From Cyanophora paradoxa CCMP329 (lineage: Eukaryota > Plantae > Glaucophyta), in the NCBI GenBank assembly GCA_004431415.1, contig QPMI01000205.1:1-64000 (forward strand): a stretch of 64,000 nucleotides of DNA, given 5' to 3'. Shown here piece by piece: positions 58,120 through 64,000 of the stretch. Under the pieces are notes generated by a model. The model did no database searches and was not told the origin of the DNA. It saw nothing but the letters and a program-made list of their open reading frames with translations. The position numbers and the translations under genes are program-made. Positions within the stretch are counted from its first letter, which is position 1, and every line of letters begins with the position of its first letter.

Positions 58120-61100
58120 GGGTCAGCGGGAGCCCGTGCCGTCCTTGGCGGAGCCCGTGAATGAGGGGTTCCGCCCCCCCGCCCCTCTCCTCTGCGCCGG
58201 CACGGGTCAGCTGCAGGGGGGCCGGGGATGGTGCGCCGGGGACGGCGCACCGGGTCCTCCACGGTCGACTGCGCGACGCTGCCCATCGGGGGGTACGGCG
58301 CGGCGGAGGCGCCCATGCCGCTCACGCCCATGGGGCCTGCGGGGGGTAGGCGTGAGAGGGGCCGGGGCGGGGCTCGGGGCGAGGGCGGCGTACCGCCCAT
58401 GCCCATGGCGCTGCCCATCATGACGGACTGGGCGGGGCCCGCCCCGGGCGGCTTCTTGCCCTTGAGGGGGTCGATGACGCCGACGGTCGGGTTGGCGCGC
58501 CCGAAGACCTTGTTGTAGTTCGTCTCGCGGTTGACGAGCTCGAGCTTGAAGTAGCGCAAGTCGTCCACCGCCTTCTGCAGCGCCGCGTCCTTCTGCACGT
58601 TGTCCTGCGGCGCGGCTTGCTCGCGGCCGGCGGGGCGGGAGGACGGGGCGGCGGGGGCGGACGGCCTCGAGGAAAGCGATGCGCTCGATGTCCTCGGGGC
58701 GCGACTCGCGCGCCAGATACCGCTCCTCCAGCTCCCCGTACCTGCCAGGCCGTCGGCGGCGCCCGCAGCGGCCCCGCCGCCCCGCCCCGCCCCGCCAGGC
58801 CCGGCCCCGCCGCGGCGCACTTGGACTCGAGGATGCGGTACTTGTCGTCCATGAGGGCCATGTTGCGCCCGAACTCGCCCTGCAGCGCCTGCATCTCCTC
58901 CACGTGCTTCAGCATCTCCGACTCCATCTCCCGCCGGTGCGCCTTCGACTGCGCCCCGCGCGCCCCCGCAAGCGTCACCCGCCGCCGCCGGCCCCCGAGC
59001 GCTCCCCGGCGCCCTGCGCGCGCTTGGGGCGCACGGCGGCCTTGCTCTTCTTCTCGAAGTCCTCCTCCATGGCCATCTTCGTGGCCGCGAACTCCGCCCG
59101 CGCCTCCCCCAGCGACGTCCGCAGCGCGTCCTTCTCCGACTGGCCCCCTCTCAGCGCCGGCGGGGCGCGGCGGGACGCGGCGGAGGGGGCCCCACCTTCT
59201 GCTGGGCGATCTCGGCCTCGAGGGCGCGGGCGCGGGCGGCGGCGCGGGCGCCCTCTTCTCGCAGCGCATCCATGCCGGCCTTGTGCTCGCCCGTCAGGCG
59301 CGCCACCTCCGCGTCGAGCGCGGCCTTGCCCTTGGCCGCCTCCGCCTTGAGGGCCGCCCGCTGGGCCTCCTCGGCCTCGCGGATGGCGGTCGAGAGGCGG
59401 GAGGCGGCCTCGCGCTCGCGGGCGGCGAGGAGCTCCTCGTGCTTGCGGACGAGCTCCGAGGTGCGCGCCTCCTGCTCCCGCGCAAGCCGCGCCATCTCCT
59501 CGCTGTGCTGCCGCCGCCCCGCCTCCCTCTCCCGCTCCGCCTCCTCCCGCGCCCGCCGCAGCGCCGCCTCGGCGTCCCCGCTCAGCTCCGCCCGCAGCCG
59601 CGCCGCCTCCGCCTCGTGCCGCCGCCGCGCCTCCTCCAGCGCCGCCCCGTGCGCCGCCCGCAGCTCCTCCACCTGCGCCCGCCTCGGCCCGGCCCCGCGG
59701 GGCGGGCGGGGGGGCGCGGCGCCTGCTTCGCGTGCGCCGCGGCGGCCTCGCGCGCCGCCTCGCGGCCTGCTCCAGCTGCCGCCGCGTCTCCGCGAGCTCC
59801 CCTCCAGGCCCGCACCTGCGCGGCCGCCCGTCGCCTCCGGGGCCGGCCGGGCCGGGGCGGGGCGGAGCGGGGCGGGCGGGCCTGGCCGTTGAGGAGCTCC
59901 TCGGAGCGGCGCTTCTCGGCCTCGAGCTCCTGCGCGAGCTTCCGCGCCGCCGCCTCGTGCTCCGCCTTCAGCCGCGCCATCACGTCCGCGCTGCTCCCCT
60001 CCAGCTGCTGCCGCCTGCCCGCCCCGCCCGCCCTCAGCGCCCCGCCCCGCCAGCGACGCGGCGGCGGCGCACGTGCGGCGGAGCTCCTCCTCGTGGCGGG
60101 CGCGGAGGGCGGCCAGCGCCTCGGCGCCGTCCGCCTTCTCCCGGTCGAGGTCCCGCTGCAGCTTCTCCCCCTTCGTCTGCGCCTCCTTCGCCGCCCCCTG
60201 CGCCCCGCGCCTCGCACGGGCCGCCCCGGGGGCGGGGCGGGGCGGGGCGGGGCGGGCGGACGCGGGCGGTCTCGAGCTTGAGCTGGAGGTCCTGGACGAG
60301 GGCCTCGAGGGACTTGACCTTGGCCTCCAGCTGCCGCACGCTCTCCTGCGCCTGCTGCAGCTTCCCCTGCAGCTCCTGCTGCGCCTTCCCCGCCTCCCCC
60401 TGCGTCATCCGCCGCGCCTCCTCCAGCTCCGCCACCCGCTTCTTCCACGCCTCCACCTGCGCCGCGTGCTCCGCTGCCGCCTCCCGCGCCGCCTGCTGCA
60501 GCCGCCCCTCCCGCTCCCCCGACTCCTTCTCCAGCCGCGCCTTCGCCTCCGCCGCCTCCGTCCTGCGCGCCCCTCAGCGCCCCGGCGCGGCGCGGCGCAG
60601 CGCGGGGCGGGGCGGGTCGGGGGCACCGGAGCTGCTGCTCCTTGGCGCGGAGGGCCTCGGCGGCGGCCTTGTCGCGTCGCTCCATCTCCCCCTCGAGCTT
60701 CCCCCGCTCGTCCGAGAGCGCCTTCGCCGCCGCCTTCTGCACCTCGTCCAGCCCTGCGCGCCCCGTCGGCGGCTCCTCTAGAAGGGCGGCGGGGCGGGGC
60801 GCGGGCGCGGGCCCTTGTCGTGCGCCTCGTTGAGCTCCTTGACGCGCTTCTCGTGCTCCTTGCGCATGCGCTCGAGCTGGGAGCCGAGGTCGCCGGTCTT
60901 GGCCGTCGCCTCCTGCCGGGCCGCCTCGAGCTCGCGCGCCAGCCGCTCCTTCTCCTTGTTCGCGGCGTCGAGCTGCCTGCGCGTCGACTCGAGCTCCTTG
61001 GCGCCCTCCGTGAGCAGCACCGCGTTGCTCTGGATCACCGCCTCCAGCCGCACGATCTGCCGCACCGTCAGCCGCGGCGCCGGCGCTGCAGGGGGCGCGG

Positions 61101-62650
61101 GCGGGCGGGCGGGCGGGGCGCCTCGTCGCGGGCGCGCTTGATCTCGCGCTCGGCGGCGGTCAGCTGGTCGCTGGCCTGCCCGCCCTGCCTCTTGGCCGCC
61201 TCGAGGGCCTCCGTGAGGGAGCGGACGCGCTCGTCGAGCTCGCGCTCGCGCTTGCCGGCCCCCTCGAGGCGCCCGTGCAGCTCCGCGCGGTCGGCCTCGG
61301 CGTTGCTGCGCTGCGTCTCGCTCGTCTGCAGCTGGAGGCGGATGCTGTTCAGCTCCGCCTCCTTGGACTTGAGGAGGATCTGCATCTCGGCGGTGCGGTC
61401 GCCGGCCTCGCCCATCATCCGCTCCACCTGCTGCTTCAGGCCGGCGATCTCCGCCTTCTGCTCCCGCACCGTCCCCTCCAGCTCCCCGACCTGCCCCGCA
61501 GCTCAGCCGCAGCCGCCGGGGCGCGAGGGGCGGGGCGCGGGGCGGGGACCCGCTGGCGGAGGGCGTCGGCGTCCTTGCGGGCGGCCTGCTCCCGGGCGTT
61601 GGCGGCCTCGACCTCCCCCTCCATCTTCGCCTGCAGCGCCGCGAGCTTCTGCCGGAACTCCGCCTCCTGCCGCGCCATCCCCTCCGAGCTCGCCCCCGCC
61701 AGGTCGCTCCGTAGCGCGTCCAGCGCCCGCTGCGCAGCGTCCTGCTCCTTCTTCAACGCCTCCGCCAGCCGCTTCCGCCCCTCCGCCTTCTCATTCTCAA
61801 GCTGCGCCATCAGCTCGTTCCGCAGCCGCTCCTGCTCGTCCATCTGCTCCTTCAGCATCTCGTTGTACTTCTTGTTGTGCGTCTTCACGAGGTTGTCCAC
61901 CTCCATCTGATGCGCCTTGCGCAGGTTCTCGGCATTGGAGCTGTTGGCGTTGTCCATCATCTTCGTGAGGTCCGCGAACTGCTGCAACCGGTCGCCGAAG
62001 TCCCGCTTCGCGTCCTCGAGCTCCCTGCGGCGCGCAGCGACACTCGCACGGGCGCAGTGGCATGCGGAGGAGCCTCGCACCGCGTCAGCTCCCGAATCTT
62101 CTTGTCCGCCTCCAGCTTGACGCGATCCTGCTGGTCCTTGACGCGCTTTTTGAAGTCCTCCACGTCGCGCAGCGCCTGTGCCTTCTCTGCATCTTGCTGC
62201 TTGATGTACTCCTGCGCGGTGTAGACGGACGGGCGCCTTAGCTACGCGGACGGGATGCGGAGCCGGCCGCACCGCCAGCTGCTCAGTAGCTTTAGCCTGC
62301 TCCTTTCTCAGCTCAAGCTGCTTGCGGAACTCGTTGATCTTTGTGTACGCGTCCTTCAATATCTGCGCGCGAATGTCAGCCGAGCGCGGCTGCGCGTGGC
62401 CGAGCGCACCTGATCGATTTCGCCCTCGTAGGCATCGGACAGGCCCTTGAGCTCGTACTCATGCTCGTCATTCTGTACATATGTGCATGCAGCGCGAGCT
62501 GAGCGTGCGCTGCGCGTGGCCGGCCGGGCGACGGACCTTCGTGTTGAGGTGGTAGATGACCTTCGTTAGCTGGGCAATTTTCTTGGACATCTTGTGATGC
62601 AAGTCGGGGAAGATGTTCTCGACGCCATCTCCGCCGCCCTTGGACGCCAT
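58120..62650 (-). CDS. FAM184: FAM184-family long coiled-coil protein
   Basis: N-terminal DLHHKMSKKIAQLTKVIYHLNTKNDEHE; C-terminal RESRPEDIERI..YFKLELVNRETNYNKVFG..VGVIDP. 3' end approximate. Confidence 0.88.
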
Positions 62651-62921
62651 CACACTGCAGCCGCTTGTCTCGAGGGGTACGTGAGAAACCAAAACAGGGG
62701 AGGTCTTCCAAAGGAATCCGCCGCCGGAGTCCAGCGTGCAATCCCAACACAGCGACCTTAGCTACAGCTATTGCGTTCCTAGTGGGGCGCCCCCTTTGTC
62801 AGAGCGTGAGAGCAGGCGGCAGTGCGCGAGAAGGGCCACAAGCAGGTTTTAGACGCTCCTGTGGTGCAACTGAGCTACACAGCGGCGGGGCGCAGCGGTG
62901 GCTGCGCGACTGCCAACAGCC

Positions 62922-64000
62922 ATGCAGCCGACCGGGGCCGTGAAAGTCGTCCAGCATGTGAAAGTCGCGCAGGAGCTTTACAAGCCTTTCAGGGAGACGA
63001 ACATCGCAGAGCGAGATAGGCACATAGGTCAGTTACCCGTGCCCTGCCCCCTCGGCTTCCGCGGCGGCCCCGCCCGCTGCCTCCTCCTCAGCCCAGCCCG
63101 GTCGCGGCCGCCGCGGCGCCTCGTAGCTGGGAGACTAACGCGGTTGCAGCCACGGAGCCGACGTACACCACTCTTAAGCACGACCGGATCCACTGGTTAC
63201 GAGACGGAGCCGGCAGGTCACTCGGCAAGGCGGAGCGCTTTCGTGAAGCTCGGCCGCTACCTGCGACGGACGCGTTCTACGATATTGACACGGGGCCCAA
63301 GCGCGGCGTATCTCGATCCGTAGGTGCGAACACGGATCTCGATCCGTGGGCGGGGCCGTCGTGCCGCTCGGCCGGGGCTGAGGGGCGGGCCCGAGCGGCG
63401 CCGGAGGATGGTGGGGGGCGCGGGCGGGTTCCCCTACGGGGGCACCCGCTTCCCCCCCCCCACCCCCCCACCCCCCACCCACCCAATTGCCCCCCACCCC
63501 GCCGCCCCTTTCCCAGCCCCCGCCCCTCACCCCACCTCCAGAGGTATCGGGTGACTCCGCGACGGGCTTTAGATCCGAGGCTCCTCGACAGTACGAAAAG
63601 GTTGGCCGCGTGCTGATCGACAGTTCTGCTCATCTGACGCAATTGGCAGAGAGACGATCACCCGTGGGTCGGGGTGCGCTCGAACGAGCGCAGCGCGCGG
63701 CAACTTTAGGCTGGTAACCCGCGCCCGGCAGCCTGGGAGCTACGACCCGAAGCCCGTCGAGCGGCCGCCCCTCGAGCAGCTTCCTACGCCGGCATTTAGA
63801 TCTGGCAGCTCCCGGCTCACGAAGCTGCCCCGCATGCACGGCCCGACGTACTCGAGGTCCGGTGCGCGTCGCAAGATTGACGGCGCGGGACTGACCTAGC
63901 GGACAGCGTGGACGCAGATAGAAGGCACTGGGTGAGGAGAGGATTCTCACAGCAGGAGTGGAATGCGAACGGGCGGTCATTCGGAAAAGACATGCGCTTT
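62922..64000 (+). CDS. Hypothetical multi-exon protein (probably runs off the window)
   Basis: ATG-led exon MQPTGAVKVVQHVKVAQELYKPFRETNIAERDRH with a downstream GT donor, head-to-head with FAM184; no family recognised. Confidence 0.35.

Overview
Very GC-rich, intron-dense eukaryotic nuclear DNA. The host is most plausibly a glaucophyte alga (Cyanophora-like): there is a nuclear NblB-type phycobilisome protein with a Phe-led plastid transit peptide, plus many short introns. Host genes recognised from spliced motifs: GCN2 (partial), SNF5/Sfh1, a RING/B-box/coiled-coil protein ending in an LSM14 domain, two class III nucleotidyl cyclases (bacterial IIIb-type and ADCY10/sAC-like), PPP4R2, Rab GDI, NAA20, a microbial rhodopsin, RCE1, a Vac8-like ARM protein, COX16, NblB, an F-box protein, PSMD9 and FAM184. 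A complete, lower-GC, intronless 11.2-kb Polinton/Maverick-type endogenous virus lies at 33739-44949. It has a 6-bp TSD (CACCTA), ~243-bp TIRs, pPolB, rve integrase, MCP, minor capsid, A32 ATPase, an HNH-AP2 nuclease, an AT-hook protein and repeat arrays. Most striking observations: (1) a signal-peptide-bearing DTD-motif rhodopsin apparently fused to a His-rich linker and a C-terminal BAH domain; (2) the compact protease-less Polinton with a pPolB motif-A deletion and a candidate structured RNA among palindromic repeats; (3) a TRIM-like E3 ligase fused to LSM14; (4) a very high frequency of GC-AG introns with C-rich/G-rich hairpin architecture. Most long ORFs in the supplied track are GC-rich artefacts. 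Host gene boundaries are approximate and several frameshifts look like sequencing errors.
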